Source of the DNA: Prochlorococcus sp. AG-424-P16
GTDB lineage: Bacteria; Cyanobacteriota; Cyanobacteriia; PCC-6307; Cyanobiaceae
Length of the DNA stretch: 64,000 nucleotides
Assembly (NCBI GenBank): GCA_003213255.1
Contig: QCNI01000002.1
Span: forward strand, 2,508-66,507
Reading direction: 5' to 3'
Positions within the stretch are counted from its first letter, which is position 1. Each line of letters opens with the position of its first letter. A program made the position numbers and the translations under genes. Of the stretch, positions 8,059 through 19,098 are shown in pieces. The notes under the pieces are model-generated. The model saw only the letters and a list, made by a program, of their open reading frames with translations, was not told the origin of the DNA and did no database searches.

Positions 8059-8928
8059 TTATTTTTCATCATTATTTGCATATGGTCCGAAAAATTCACT
8101 AGCGTCTCTTCCCATTACTTTAGCAAGATTTAAACTTTTATCTATATCCCATTTAGATGCCATTCCATAAAGAATACCCGCAGCAAAAGAATCACCACAT
8201 CCATAAGAATCAACTTTTAGTTTTTTGTTTTTAAGAGCCTTATATCTTCCTCCTGGGAATATTATGCCTCCCTTCTCTCCCTCGGTTTTAATAGTATATT
8301 TGGGTTTTAACGATAATTCAGAAAAAGAAAAAACTTCTCCGGGATCAATATTACTGCCTATTAACCCATCTAAAAGAACATTTGAATTATTAATTGTATT
8401 TAATCCTACCCTTGGTGTTGTACACAGTATTGAAGCCGATCTAGCCATTTTAAAAATCTCAGAATCAGATGCAGTAATAAAAATTCCGTCCATTTTTTTT
8501 AAAATGTTCCATTCTAAGTTGTCTTTATGAGTTGGAGCTAACCTTTCTCCAATAACTGTTATTGCTCTTTCACCTTGAGAGTCAATTAAACTAAATCCTC
8601 TTCTAGTTGGTTTATCACGCCAAGCTACATGTAACTTAATTCCCATATCTGAGAGAATCTTGAAACACTTATCTCCGTAATCATCATTACCTAATGACGT
8701 AAAAAAATGAATTTGGTTTAAAGTTAAATCAGAAAGTATTTTCGCGATAATAGATCCAGCGCCAGCTGGATAATCAAGGGACTTTTCAGAATGAGAAATG
8801 ACTCCTGGTTTTGGTAATTGATCAACCTTTAAAAAATTTATCCACTCAACATGACCAACAACGGCAAAATTTAAATTTCCTTTTTTAAATTTATAGTCTT
8901 CAACTTTATTATTCTTTGTAACAACCAT
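8059..8928 (-). CDS. PfkB/ribokinase-family carbohydrate kinase
   Basis: LGNDDYG, GERAI, DSYGCGDSFAAG signature. Confidence 0.88.
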   Translation of the reverse strand: MVVTKNNKVEDYKFKKGNLNFAVVGHVEWINFLKVDQLPKPGVISHSEKSLDYPAGAGSIIAKILSDLTLNQIHFFTSLGNDDYGDKCFKILSDMGIKLHVAWRDKPTRRGFSLIDSQGERAITVIGERLAPTHKDNLEWNILKKMDGIFITASDSEIFKMARSASILCTTPRVGLNTINNSNVLLDGLIGSNIDPGEVFSFSELSLKPKYTIKTEGEKGGIIFPGGRYKALKNKKLKVDSYGCGDSFAAGILYGMASKWDIDKSLNLAKVMGRDASEFFGPYANNDEK

Positions 8929-8968
8929 AAGCTTTTAAATACTATTATTAAAGAAATATTTTTGACAA

Positions 8969-9340
8969 GTGAATTCATTTAACATTTTAAAAGATAATAA
9001 ACAGATACTATCTTTTCTTTACCTTTTTCTATCAATCTTGGGGGCTGTTCTGCCAATGTTGGCAAATTTCGAATTTGCTAGGGAATATGGAAACAGCTTT
9101 GATATAAATAACTTCATTTCTTTAGCAAATGCAAACCCTGCAGCTCAGTCAATTTCTAGAGACTTATTAGTAGGTGCAAGCGCTATTTTTATATGGATAG
9201 TAAATGAATCAAAAAAACTAAACATGAAGAATATGTGGGTTGTATACATTGGAACTTTTCTTATAGCCTTCGCATTCTCTGCACCTTTTTTCTTATTTTT
9301 AAGAGAGAGAAGAATTATTGAATTAGAAAAGATTAATTAA
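8969..9340 (+). CDS. DUF2834-like membrane protein
   Basis: ANPAAQSISRDL motif; IAFAFSAPFFLFLRER. Confidence 0.7.
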   Translation: MNSFNILKDNKQILSFLYLFLSILGAVLPMLANFEFAREYGNSFDINNFISLANANPAAQSISRDLLVGASAIFIWIVNESKKLNMKNMWVVYIGTFLIAFAFSAPFFLFLRERRIIELEKIN

Positions 9341-10565
9341 ATAATCTCTTAAATAGAATTGTAAATGCAATAAAGCAACAACAAGAAATTGAAAGCCAGA
9401 TTATTGAAGCATAACCAAATAGATCTAAGATGCGTCCTGAAATAAATGGTCCAAAAAAATAACCCATAGCGAAACATTGAGATAGTAAAGCAAGTGCAAA
9501 ACCTTTTTTATTTGAAGGAGCTATTCTGAAAACGACATCTGTTGATGTTGGCAGAAATGAAGCAGTCCCTAAACTTACTAAAATCAATGCCAAAGAAATT
9601 AAATAAAACCCTGGGATATTTAAATAACTAGAAATAAATAATAAAAATGAAGCTAAAGAGAAATTTATTAAACTAAATTTCAAGCCAAATAATCTTTCTT
9701 TCTTAGATATCCAAGAACCGACAGGCCATTGTAAAAACAACAATAAAATTAATTGAATAGAAATTATAAGACTAATAATTTCTTTGCTTAATGCATTGCG
9801 ATATACTCCACCTTTAACAAGATCCAGAGGCAAAGTTACTTGTATCAAGGCTAAAGAGGTAGTTATTAATAAAATAGATAAAATTATTATTGTTGAATTT
9901 TTATTCCATTTCAATTGTCCCTGATTAATTGGATCTACTAATTTTTTTTGAAAATTTTCTAAGTTTCTTTTTATAGAAGAACTATTTCTAGATATTAAAT
10001 TCGTGATAACTAACATGCAAAATATATCATTTATAAATATTGATTTAGAATACAAAAAATTCGTCATATACCCCCCTAAGAATACCCCTAGAAATATTCC
10101 TAAAGCTTCCGAACTTCTAACAAGGGCAAAAGCTTTACGTGTTTCGATAGGATGACAAAAATAGGGCACCCCAAACTCGGCAGCAGGCCAATATATTCCT
10201 GCAGCAGCCCCAACAAGTGATTGTCCAATTATGTACAAGAAAGTATCTCTTGAAAAAATGAGGCATAAGCTAGCGGCAATACTTAATATTGAAGAAGTAA
10301 TTATCGGAAATTGTATTTTTCCCGTTTTATTAAGATAATTACCTGTAAAGAGTCTTGTTACGGTTCCAATTATTGCTGAAATGGTAAATCCCAGGCCAAT
10401 ATCTGTCGCCGATAATCCTAGGTTATTAAAAATAAGTGATGTTAAATAAATAACACCTCCTGCTCCAAATGCAGCGAAAAATCTTATCTTGGTTATTAAC
10501 CTCAAATGATAAGGAAATTGAATCCACCAATTTTTGCTAATTTGTAAACTATTTGGACTAATCAC
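9333..10565 (-). CDS. Major facilitator superfamily transporter
   Basis: About 12 TM helices, 410 aa. Confidence 0.85.
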   Translation of the reverse strand: MISPNSLQISKNWWIQFPYHLRLITKIRFFAAFGAGGVIYLTSLIFNNLGLSATDIGLGFTISAIIGTVTRLFTGNYLNKTGKIQFPIITSSILSIAASLCLIFSRDTFLYIIGQSLVGAAAGIYWPAAEFGVPYFCHPIETRKAFALVRSSEALGIFLGVFLGGYMTNFLYSKSIFINDIFCMLVITNLISRNSSSIKRNLENFQKKLVDPINQGQLKWNKNSTIIILSILLITTSLALIQVTLPLDLVKGGVYRNALSKEIISLIISIQLILLLFLQWPVGSWISKKERLFGLKFSLINFSLASFLLFISSYLNIPGFYLISLALILVSLGTASFLPTSTDVVFRIAPSNKKGFALALLSQCFAMGYFFGPFISGRILDLFGYASIIWLSISCCCFIAFTILFKRLFN

Positions 10566-10567
10566 TA

Positions 10568-12118
10568 GTGAAATACATTTTTATAATTTTTTTTAGTTTT
10601 TATGGTTTATTTTTTAATAATGGTTTAAAGGCTGCTGAAAAGATAAATATTAAGTTTGAAGAGATGGAAATCCCTCTTACTATAGAACAATTATCAAAAT
10701 TAGAAAAATATAAAGATGATTCAACAGAATTAATAGATTGGTTAAAAAAAAATGGATTTATAAGAGTTTTTGAATTATCAAAATTTTTAGAATTTCCAGT
10801 TTTCAAAGAAGAGGGATTAAATAGAGAAATATTAAGAAGTTGGATAGGGCGTAAAATTCTTACAGAATTAAGCAAAAGCATAAAAGTTCCAAATGACAAT
10901 AATGGAACAGAAATATATAACACTATAGAAAATTTATTAGATCAAAAAAAAGAAGTTTCAACTTTAGACATCATAAAGGCATTACCATCAGAAGAAATTT
11001 CACTGGATATTGATAATCTAATTGTAATAATTTCATCTTGGAAAAATGAATTATCAATGCAACAAGAACTGTTGTCCAAATTAAATAAACTTGAAAGAAC
11101 TAAACAAAATGCCTTTAAAAATACTGAAAAAAAATCAACTAAAGATCTAATAAAAATTGAAAAAAAAATTTATGCTCCTCACCGAGTGAAACCTTTTGAA
11201 ATTGAAATATGGAAAAGCAATAAAACAAATTTTGATAAAGAATTGATAATATTTATGCCAGGACTTGGAGGCGAAATTAATAATTTCAAATGGATAGGTA
11301 ACGAATTGGCTAGAAGAGGTTGGCCAATATTATTCATAGATCATAGAGGGAGTAATTTAGAATCATTCATAGAAGTACTCGATGGGAAGGAAACGATACC
11401 AGGAAGTGCAGACTTTTTCTTATATAGAATTAAAGATTTAGACGCTGTATTGAAAGCTCATGAAAATGGAGAATTTGGTTTACCTAATAATTCTTATATT
11501 TTAATGGGGCATTCACTTGGTGCTTTAATAGCGCTTTTATATGAAGGCAAAAAACCTACTGATCAACTAGAGGAAAAATGTGATTTAGCATTAAAAGACT
11601 TTGCGGTAACAAATTTATCAAAATTACTTCAATGTCAGTTGAGTGAAATACCATTCCCTAAGAAAAATAACACTAATAAGGCAAGTGCCATAGTAGGTTT
11701 TAATTCATTTGGAAGTCTAGTATGGCCAAAAGAAAATAGTACAGGCATTAAAGCACCAACTCTTCTAATAGGTGGTACTTATGATCTTATTACACCGTTA
11801 ATGAATGAACAATTTAGAGTTTTTTATGCTTTAGATAATCCATCAAATAGATTTCTAATTATTGAAGGAGCAAGTCATTTCTCTCCAATAAGAATTAATA
11901 AAAGCTATGAAGAAAATAATGACCTCTTCAAAATAAGTGAATCTTTTATTGGTTCAGAGCCAATATTAGTACAAGATTTATCTACTAAATTTATAGTTGA
12001 ATTTTTAAAAAATATTAAAGACCAAAAGATCCCTAATATAGTTAAAAACCAAAGAGATTTGGGACTTGACTTCCATCTTTTAGATCTTGAAACGATAAAA
12101 GAAATTTCTGAAAATTAG
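10568..12118 (+). CDS. Alpha/beta hydrolase with DUF1400-like N-terminus
   Basis: GHSLG nucleophile elbow; GASHFS. Confidence 0.8.
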   Translation: MKYIFIIFFSFYGLFFNNGLKAAEKINIKFEEMEIPLTIEQLSKLEKYKDDSTELIDWLKKNGFIRVFELSKFLEFPVFKEEGLNREILRSWIGRKILTELSKSIKVPNDNNGTEIYNTIENLLDQKKEVSTLDIIKALPSEEISLDIDNLIVIISSWKNELSMQQELLSKLNKLERTKQNAFKNTEKKSTKDLIKIEKKIYAPHRVKPFEIEIWKSNKTNFDKELIIFMPGLGGEINNFKWIGNELARRGWPILFIDHRGSNLESFIEVLDGKETIPGSADFFLYRIKDLDAVLKAHENGEFGLPNNSYILMGHSLGALIALLYEGKKPTDQLEEKCDLALKDFAVTNLSKLLQCQLSEIPFPKKNNTNKASAIVGFNSFGSLVWPKENSTGIKAPTLLIGGTYDLITPLMNEQFRVFYALDNPSNRFLIIEGASHFSPIRINKSYEENNDLFKISESFIGSEPILVQDLSTKFIVEFLKNIKDQKIPNIVKNQRDLGLDFHLLDLETIKEISEN

Positions 12119-13137
12119 TACTCTATTCGTGGATCTAAATATGCGATTAAAATATCCACGAAGAGATTTAGAGAGACTATAAGCATAGAGGTAAAAATTA
12201 CAATTCCTTGAACCAAGGTATAGTCTCTTTGGGAAATAGCCTCATGTAATCTTAAAGCTATACCTGGCCATGAGAAAGTCACCTCGAACAACAGAGCACC
12301 TCCTGCTAAAGAGGCCATGGTCAAGCCAGAAATAGTGACAATTGGCAATAGAGCATTAGGCAATGCATGGTTTAAAAATATTTTTTTCCTCGATATTCCT
12401 CTACATATAGCAGCATTTACATAATCACTTTTTAATGTCTTATCCAAATTTACTCTTAATGAGCGGCTGAATATACCACTTAATAAAAAGCCAAGGGTAA
12501 TCGAAGGAAGTGCGAGATGATAAAGACTATCTTTAAAAGCAATCATATTATTTGAAAGAATACTATCTAAAACTAGAAAACCTGTAATTTGGGGTTGTTG
12601 CTGAAATATAGGAAATCTCCCTCCAATTGGGGAAATATTAAAAAAAACAGAAAATAATAATTGAGCTAACATTGCACCCCAAAAAGGAGGGATCGCATAT
12701 GTAGCAATTCCTAATATTCTCGCAATATAATCAGTCTTTTTCCCTCTATTTCTTAAGCCAATTAATCCTAATGGAAATCCTATTAGTATGGCACTTAATA
12801 TTGAAAAGAATCCAAGTTCAAGACTTGCAGGCAATGACTTTATAATGATATTAAGGACTGGCTCTTGGGTACTAAGAGATTGGCCAAAATCTAAGTGCAA
12901 TATATTTTTAATATATGAAAAATATTGATTTATTAAAGGTTCATTTAGCCCCAATTTATTTCTTAAAAATTCCCTAGAAACCTCATCTGCACCAGATCCA
13001 AGTATGGCATCCACAGGATCGCCGGGAGCAACTCTTAATAAAATAAAAACTAATGAAGAAATTATCCATAACATTATCGGTATTAATGAAATTTTTAATA
13101 AGGAATAATTTAGTAGTTTATTTAAATTTCTACTCAT
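12115..13137 (-). CDS. dppB: Peptide/nickel ABC transporter permease
   Basis: PGDP, EAA-like loop, FSWPGI, YLDPRI. Confidence 0.88.
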   Translation of the reverse strand: MSRNLNKLLNYSLLKISLIPIMLWIISSLVFILLRVAPGDPVDAILGSGADEVSREFLRNKLGLNEPLINQYFSYIKNILHLDFGQSLSTQEPVLNIIIKSLPASLELGFFSILSAILIGFPLGLIGLRNRGKKTDYIARILGIATYAIPPFWGAMLAQLLFSVFFNISPIGGRFPIFQQQPQITGFLVLDSILSNNMIAFKDSLYHLALPSITLGFLLSGIFSRSLRVNLDKTLKSDYVNAAICRGISRKKIFLNHALPNALLPIVTISGLTMASLAGGALLFEVTFSWPGIALRLHEAISQRDYTLVQGIVIFTSMLIVSLNLFVDILIAYLDPRIEY

Positions 13138-14701
13138 TAATTAACTCAAGATCACTCAATGAAATTATTCCTGCGCCATTAAAAATAGGTTTTGATATTT
13201 TATTTTGTGACCATGCTTTTTGAGAGGAGATCCAAATAGGAATATAAGGGATTGAACTTGCTGCTATTTTTTCAATTTCAACAAGTTTTTCTAATCTTTT
13301 AATTCCACTTATTTTTTCACTCTCAAGAAATAAACTTTCCACTTTATTAGATCCCCAAAAACTCCCGCTGTAAACTGATTCTCCTTTTTTACATATGCTG
13401 TCAACTATTTCATTACAACTTAAAAGAGGGGTAAGATAAGCCTCTGGATCTGAATAAGCCCCAGTCCAATCAAGAAGAACTGCCGTATATATTCCTAAAC
13501 TTAGATTCTTATAAACTGTTGTAGATTCAACCCCATTGAGTTCAATATCAATACAATCTTTCAAAGAATTTTTAATTTCTTCTTGCCATGTCAGAGCAAT
13601 AAGCTTGTCAGCTGGTACATTCGATCTAAAAGTAAGGGGTATTTTTAGAATATTTCCATTGCAATAATTTTCTTTTTGCAATAACCTTCTTGCTTCTAAA
13701 TAATCATATTTAGGCCACAGTTCTTGATTATCTTTTTTTAATATCGGAGGAATAATTGATCTAGATGGCTTCCTTAATCCATAACTTACTTTCTCACTAA
13801 TTAATTTTCTATTAAGACTTTTTGCCAAAGCCAATCTTAAATTAAGATTACTTAAGGGATAAGAACTAGTTTTGAGGCTTATAAAACTTAATTCAGTGAA
13901 AGGGCTATTACCTTCATTAAACTGTTTATTTTTGCTTAAATCATTTAAACTTTTTCTCTGACTATCATCAATTGAATTTGATAAAAGCACGTCAATTTGT
14001 TTACTTTTTAAAGCCCCAAAAAGAGAGGATGAATTTGAATAGCCAACAAAATTAACGCCGTTATTGAAGGGCTTTTCACCCCAATAATTCAAATATGGAT
14101 CAATTGATTGAACTTCATTAGAAAAACTGGTCAGCACATACTTGCCAGTACCAACAAATTTTTCATTTAAAAACTTATCAGAATATTGTTTGTAAAATGT
14201 AGGAGATATTGGAGTTAAATTTACTGATGTGAGTAAACCATTTAAAGAACTTGATGGTTTATTCAAATTTATTATGACTGAATATTCACTTGGCGTTTCT
14301 ATTGATTTAATCTTATTTCCTAAAATATAGTTCATCGTTCCAATTCTTTTGAATCTATCAAAGGTAAACTTCATAGCATTTGAGTTAAATGCAGTTCCAT
14401 CGTGAAAAAAAACATTCTTTCTTAAATTGATAGTTAATTGAAGTCTATCCTTTGAAATAATTGGCATCCCCGAGGCCAATTCAGGTATTAATTCTCCGTT
14501 AGAATTTAATTCATATAATGTGTCTCCAAGAGAACTGATTAATTGAATTGCTTTAAGAGTATTTGCTCTAGCTGGATCTAAAGATTCAATTTTTCCAGAA
14601 CTTGCTACTATGATTTTTTTAGATATTCTTTTTGATCCGCAAGAATTCTGTAAAAAAGAAATTAAAACTATAAATATTGATAAAACAATTTTTTTTTTCA
14701 T
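13130..14701 (-). CDS. Peptide ABC transporter substrate-binding lipoprotein (family 5)
   Basis: Lipoprotein-like Cys (NSC); LRKNVFFHDG motif; adjacent to dppB. Confidence 0.88.
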   Translation of the reverse strand: MKKKIVLSIFIVLISFLQNSCGSKRISKKIIVASSGKIESLDPARANTLKAIQLISSLGDTLYELNSNGELIPELASGMPIISKDRLQLTINLRKNVFFHDGTAFNSNAMKFTFDRFKRIGTMNYILGNKIKSIETPSEYSVIINLNKPSSSLNGLLTSVNLTPISPTFYKQYSDKFLNEKFVGTGKYVLTSFSNEVQSIDPYLNYWGEKPFNNGVNFVGYSNSSSLFGALKSKQIDVLLSNSIDDSQRKSLNDLSKNKQFNEGNSPFTELSFISLKTSSYPLSNLNLRLALAKSLNRKLISEKVSYGLRKPSRSIIPPILKKDNQELWPKYDYLEARRLLQKENYCNGNILKIPLTFRSNVPADKLIALTWQEEIKNSLKDCIDIELNGVESTTVYKNLSLGIYTAVLLDWTGAYSDPEAYLTPLLSCNEIVDSICKKGESVYSGSFWGSNKVESLFLESEKISGIKRLEKLVEIEKIAASSIPYIPIWISSQKAWSQNKISKPIFNGAGIISLSDLELINE

Positions 14702-14718
14702 ATTTCCTTAGTTTTTAA

Positions 14719-14988
14719 TTACTCTGAAGAATTATTTGAGCAGAAAATTTGTAGGGTTATTTGACTAATTTCCAAAGCAAATGTTTTTTTATAATTACAA
14801 GCGAAAGGCCACTCTCTCACCCAACAAATTTCTTTACCTCTATTTAAACCAATTACTTGAAAAGTCTTATTGCTATTTTTAATTTTTACACAAGCACCTT
14901 TATACAGGTTTTCAGAAAAAATTAAATTATTATTTTTATTATTATCAAATAGTTTTGAATGAATCATTAAGGTGCTAAAACCAAACAC
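14719..14988 (-). CDS. Conserved hypothetical protein
   Basis: FQVIG...CWVREWP; co-oriented in the cluster. Confidence 0.55.
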   Translation of the reverse strand: MFGFSTLMIHSKLFDNNKNNNLIFSENLYKGACVKIKNSNKTFQVIGLNRGKEICWVREWPFACNYKKTFALEISQITLQIFCSNNSSE

Positions 14989-15037
14989 TTACTTTCTTCG
15001 GTTTACCAAGCTATAAAGAAAATTGCAAACTATTTTT

Positions 15038-16339
15038 TTAAATACAACTTAATTGACTTGCAATAATTTTGACTTCATTTAGCGAATTTATTTCATCTTT
15101 CGATCTCTCGAAATCTCCATTATTCACCTCGTGAGTAATAACGACAATTTCAGCTTTGTCCTCACTAGCATCAAGTTGAACAATTGATTCGATTGATACA
15201 TTATTATTTCCAAAAATATCTCCAATCTTTCCTATAACACCTGGACTATCAAGACAAATAATTCTAAGGTAATTTTTTTTATTTATTTGTGAAGAACTTA
15301 TTATATGGCAGTTTCTCCAGAAATCAAAAGATAATAATGGATCGATTGAATTATTATTTTTTACTGAGGCAGCATGCAGATTTAATATATCTGATACTAC
15401 TGATGCTGCAGTTGGTCCACTCCCTGCACCTGGACCATATAACATTATTTCTCCAAGAGGATCAGCCTCAATCAATAAGGCATTATTAACTCCTTTAACT
15501 GTCGACAATGGATGAGATTTTGGAATCAAAGAAGGGCCTACCCAAATATTTAAAGCTAGTGAATCATTACTATTAATTTGTCCCCTTTCGGAGAGCGCTA
15601 AAAGTTTTATTTCAAACCCTAATTTATTGGCATATTCGATATCCTTTAGATTAATTTTACTAATGCCCTCAGAATGAATCTCCTCTCTTTTAATTTTCCC
15701 TCCAAATGCAAGTTCACTAAGAATTGAAATCTTATCAGCTGCATCATGGCCCTCAACATCTGCAGTTGGATCAAATTCTGCATACCCAAGGTTTTGGGCC
15801 AATTTTAAAGTCTCCTTGTAATCAGCTTTTTCATTTGTCATCTTTGAAAGAATAAAATTTGTTGTGCCATTTATTATCCCAACCATTTTTTTTATGCTGT
15901 TACTTTTTAATGATCTTTTTAAGGGTTCAATTATGGGAATACCTCCGCAAACTGCCGCCTCTGACAATATATAAAGCCCTTCTTTAGATGCAGTTTTATA
16001 TATTTCTTCTCCATATCTTGCAATGACTGCTTTATTTGCTGTAACAACAGATTTACCTAATTTTAATGATTGCAGAATAATATCTTTCGCCAAATCAAAC
16101 CCACCCATTACTTCAACAATTACATCTATAGAGGGGTCATTAATTAATTTAAATGGATCATCAGTTAATAAATTTTTATCTAGATCAATATCCCTTTTTT
16201 TATTAAGATCTCTAACTGCTATTTTTGCAATTTCTATTTCTTTTAGAATTGGATGAGAATCAACTTCAGAACTTAATATTTTATAAATCCCTGAACCTAC
16301 AGTTCCAAAACCTATAATCCCAATTTTGCATTTTCTCAT
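15038..16339 (-). CDS. hom: Homoserine dehydrogenase
   Basis: GFGTVG, ANKA, NGTTNFIL, C-terminal ACT domain. Confidence 0.95.
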   Translation of the reverse strand: MRKCKIGIIGFGTVGSGIYKILSSEVDSHPILKEIEIAKIAVRDLNKKRDIDLDKNLLTDDPFKLINDPSIDVIVEVMGGFDLAKDIILQSLKLGKSVVTANKAVIARYGEEIYKTASKEGLYILSEAAVCGGIPIIEPLKRSLKSNSIKKMVGIINGTTNFILSKMTNEKADYKETLKLAQNLGYAEFDPTADVEGHDAADKISILSELAFGGKIKREEIHSEGISKINLKDIEYANKLGFEIKLLALSERGQINSNDSLALNIWVGPSLIPKSHPLSTVKGVNNALLIEADPLGEIMLYGPGAGSGPTAASVVSDILNLHAASVKNNNSIDPLLSFDFWRNCHIISSSQINKKNYLRIICLDSPGVIGKIGDIFGNNNVSIESIVQLDASEDKAEIVVITHEVNNGDFERSKDEINSLNEVKIIASQLSCI

Positions 16340-16383
16340 TTTTTATCTCCTTTAACTTTGAGTTTAATTTTATATTATTAGGC

Positions 16384-16803
16384 CTACAAAAATTCATTTG
16401 CTTGAGACTGCATTTTCAACAATATATTTAAAAACCCATTTGACCGAGAAGGGGTTAAGCTTGATCTCAAACCAGTATCTTCAATAAATTTCTTATCTAT
16501 TTTAATAACCTCATTTGGTGTTAATTCGTTTAACCCAGTAATTAAAAATGCTAATAAACCCTTGGTTATTAGGGCATCAGAATATCCTTCCCAAAATAAT
16601 TTACCGCCTTTAATATTTGCCTTAACAAAAACTTCTGAAACGCATCCCTTAACTTTATTTTCTTCAACAAGGATTTCATTATCTGGTTCTTTCAATTTTT
16701 TACCTAACCACAAAATGTATTCATATTTTCTTTTTGGATCATTTGATTTCTTCAACTTTTCTACTATTCTTGATAAATTATTGTATTTTTCCTGATTTTC
16801 CAT
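16384..16803 (-). CDS. sufE: Fe-S cluster sulfur acceptor SufE
   Basis: VKGCVS, SDALITKG, LTPSRSNG. Confidence 0.92.
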   Translation of the reverse strand: MENQEKYNNLSRIVEKLKKSNDPKRKYEYILWLGKKLKEPDNEILVEENKVKGCVSEVFVKANIKGGKLFWEGYSDALITKGLLAFLITGLNELTPNEVIKIDKKFIEDTGLRSSLTPSRSNGFLNILLKMQSQANEFL

Positions 16804-16842
16804 TTTTTAAAACTATAAATTAATCATTTTATGAATCTTCTA

Positions 16843-17400
16843 TTATACAAATATTTCTTTTTCTGTGATAAAGCCCGATAAAGGAATATCCCACTCAGCT
16901 CTGGTTAATGGAACCGTACTTACACAATTAGAAGTTAATACTCCAATGCATGGAACATTTCTCCAAGCATTATCTCTCCTTAATTTATCAAAATAACCAC
17001 CTCCATAACCTAATCTTGTTAAATTTGTATCAACAGAAAGACATGGTACAAATATCATGCTTATCTGCAAATGACTTAATGGGAAAGAGTTATTTGGACT
17101 TAGTATCCCCTCAAAGTCTTTGGTAAGAGGTTTTTCGTCCCATGGGTAAAATAACAACTCTTTTTTACCTTCACATCTAGGCAAAGCTAAAGTAAATTTT
17201 TTCTTAAGACTTCTTATATCAACTTCATTTTTTAGAGGCCAATATATGGCTATATAACCAATATTTTTATATCCTTGAATTAATGAATCAATGTATAGTC
17301 TTACATTTTTTTCTACATTTTCTTTTTGATTAAGAGAAATCCCATCTCTTAGTTTTCTAAACCTATCCCTCTCCAATTTCTTATTTTCAAAGATCGTCAT
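16843..17400 (-). CDS. 5-formyltetrahydrofolate cyclo-ligase
   Basis: RLGYGGGYFD motif. Confidence 0.9.
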   Translation of the reverse strand: MTIFENKKLERDRFRKLRDGISLNQKENVEKNVRLYIDSLIQGYKNIGYIAIYWPLKNEVDIRSLKKKFTLALPRCEGKKELLFYPWDEKPLTKDFEGILSPNNSFPLSHLQISMIFVPCLSVDTNLTRLGYGGGYFDKLRRDNAWRNVPCIGVLTSNCVSTVPLTRAEWDIPLSGFITEKEIFV

Positions 17401-17409
17401 ATTAATTTT

Positions 17410-17883
17410 TCAGTTAAAGCCATCCTCATTTAGTTTTGTGAGTGCTATAGCCAATGCATCTGCTGAATCATCAGGTTTTGGAGGTTTGTCAAGATCTAAG
17501 TTATACATAACAGCATCAAGAATATTTTTCTTAGATGCCTTTCCAGACCCGGCAATTGTTAATTTTATCTGAGCAGGTGAGTACTCACTAACACCAATAT
17601 TTTTAGAGGCCAATACCATCATAATCACTCCTCTGGCCTGTACCACACTAATTGTAGTGCTTGACCTGTAAAAGAAAAATTTTTCTACTGCCGCTGCAGT
17701 TGGGTTCCAATGATTTATTAATTCATTAAGATCTTGGAATATCTCATAAAGTCTATCTTCTTCTTTTTTATCTTTACCTGTCTCAATAACACCGCAATCT
17801 AATAATATCTTTCTTTCATTTTCTATCTCAATTATTCCATAACCAACTCTAGCTAATCCAGGGTCAATCCCAATTATTCTCAC
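17410..17883 (-). CDS. ruvC: Holliday junction resolvase
   Basis: IIGIDPG; [10 protein letters not shown]. Confidence 0.95.
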   Translation of the reverse strand: MRIIGIDPGLARVGYGIIEIENERKILLDCGVIETGKDKKEEDRLYEIFQDLNELINHWNPTAAAVEKFFFYRSSTTISVVQARGVIMMVLASKNIGVSEYSPAQIKLTIAGSGKASKKNILDAVMYNLDLDKPPKPDDSADALAIALTKLNEDGFN

Positions 17884-17888
17884 TGTTA

Positions 17889-18977
17889 TTATGCTTCAGT
17901 AGATAATTGAAATTTTGAAAGATTTTCTTTTTCATCTAAATCAAATACTTTACAAAAAGCTTGAATAACTCTTTCACCTGAATCGACTTGTTCTAAGGGA
18001 TCTTTTCTAAGTCTATGTCTTAAAGAACAAGAAATAACCCTTGCTATGTCATCTTCTTGAACTTCAGTTCTGCCCTCAAATGCTGCGATTGCCCTTGCTG
18101 ATCGATTTGTAACAATATCTCCACGTAAACCATCCACATCTAGTTCTCCGCAGATTGCAGAAATATTTAATCTTAAGTCCTCGTCCATTTGAACAGAATT
18201 TAATATTTCTTGTGCTTTAATAACTTTTTGTTGAAGTTCATTCTGTTGGTTCTCAACACTCAATGAAAACTCATCAGGATTATCATCAAAAGAAGTTCTT
18301 TGATCAACTACTTGAACTCTTAATTCAGCATCTCTAACTGTCTTAACTTCAACACTCATTCCAAACCTGTCCAAAAGTTGAGGCCTTAACTCACCTTCTT
18401 CTGGATTTCCTGAACCAATAAGTACAAACCTCGCAGGATGTCGAACTGAGACTCCCTCCCTTTCAACAGTATTCCATCCGGAAGCGGCCGAATCTAAAAG
18501 TACATCTACTAAATGATCATCAAGTAAATTCACTTCATCAACGTATAATAAACCCCTATTAGCTTTTGCTAATAAACCTGGTTCGAATGCCTTAATACCT
18601 TCGCTCAAAGCCTTCTCAATATCAATAGTTCCACAAAGCCTGTCTTCAGTAGCCCCTAAAGGCAAGTCAACCATAGGTACTTGTTTTTGAATGCTCTCTA
18701 GATTTTCTCCCTGAGTGATTTTTTCCAAAACCTCTTTACTTTGTAAATCAGGATCGACTAGTGAACTATTATATGGATCGTCTTTAACAACATCGATTGC
18801 AGGCAACAAATCAGCTAAGGCTCTGATTGTAGTAGACTTTCCAGTCCCCCTATCACCCATTATCATAACCCCACCAATTCTTGGATCAATAACATTTAAC
18901 AAGAGAGCCAATTTCATTTCTTCTTGACCAATTACTGCTGTAAAGGGAAAAACTCTTCTTTTCATTGTTGTAGGCAC
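17889..18977 (-). CDS. chlI: Magnesium chelatase subunit I
   Basis: [29 protein letters not shown]. Confidence 0.97.
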   Translation of the reverse strand: MPTTMKRRVFPFTAVIGQEEMKLALLLNVIDPRIGGVMIMGDRGTGKSTTIRALADLLPAIDVVKDDPYNSSLVDPDLQSKEVLEKITQGENLESIQKQVPMVDLPLGATEDRLCGTIDIEKALSEGIKAFEPGLLAKANRGLLYVDEVNLLDDHLVDVLLDSAASGWNTVEREGVSVRHPARFVLIGSGNPEEGELRPQLLDRFGMSVEVKTVRDAELRVQVVDQRTSFDDNPDEFSLSVENQQNELQQKVIKAQEILNSVQMDEDLRLNISAICGELDVDGLRGDIVTNRSARAIAAFEGRTEVQEDDIARVISCSLRHRLRKDPLEQVDSGERVIQAFCKVFDLDEKENLSKFQLSTEA

Positions 18978-19098
18978 AGTTTTAGTTTTCTTAAATATTC
19001 AAATAATCAATAGATGCTACTTCAGAAAATGTTTTTAGTAAATATCCCTATCAAATTAAAACAAGAAGTGAATAATAACTAATTAAATTTATACTTAC

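Noticed and set aside
12115-14701. Apparently incomplete peptide ABC transporter (no second permease or ATPase)
   Set aside because: Dispersed ABC subunits are common in cyanobacteria; both ORFs are intact
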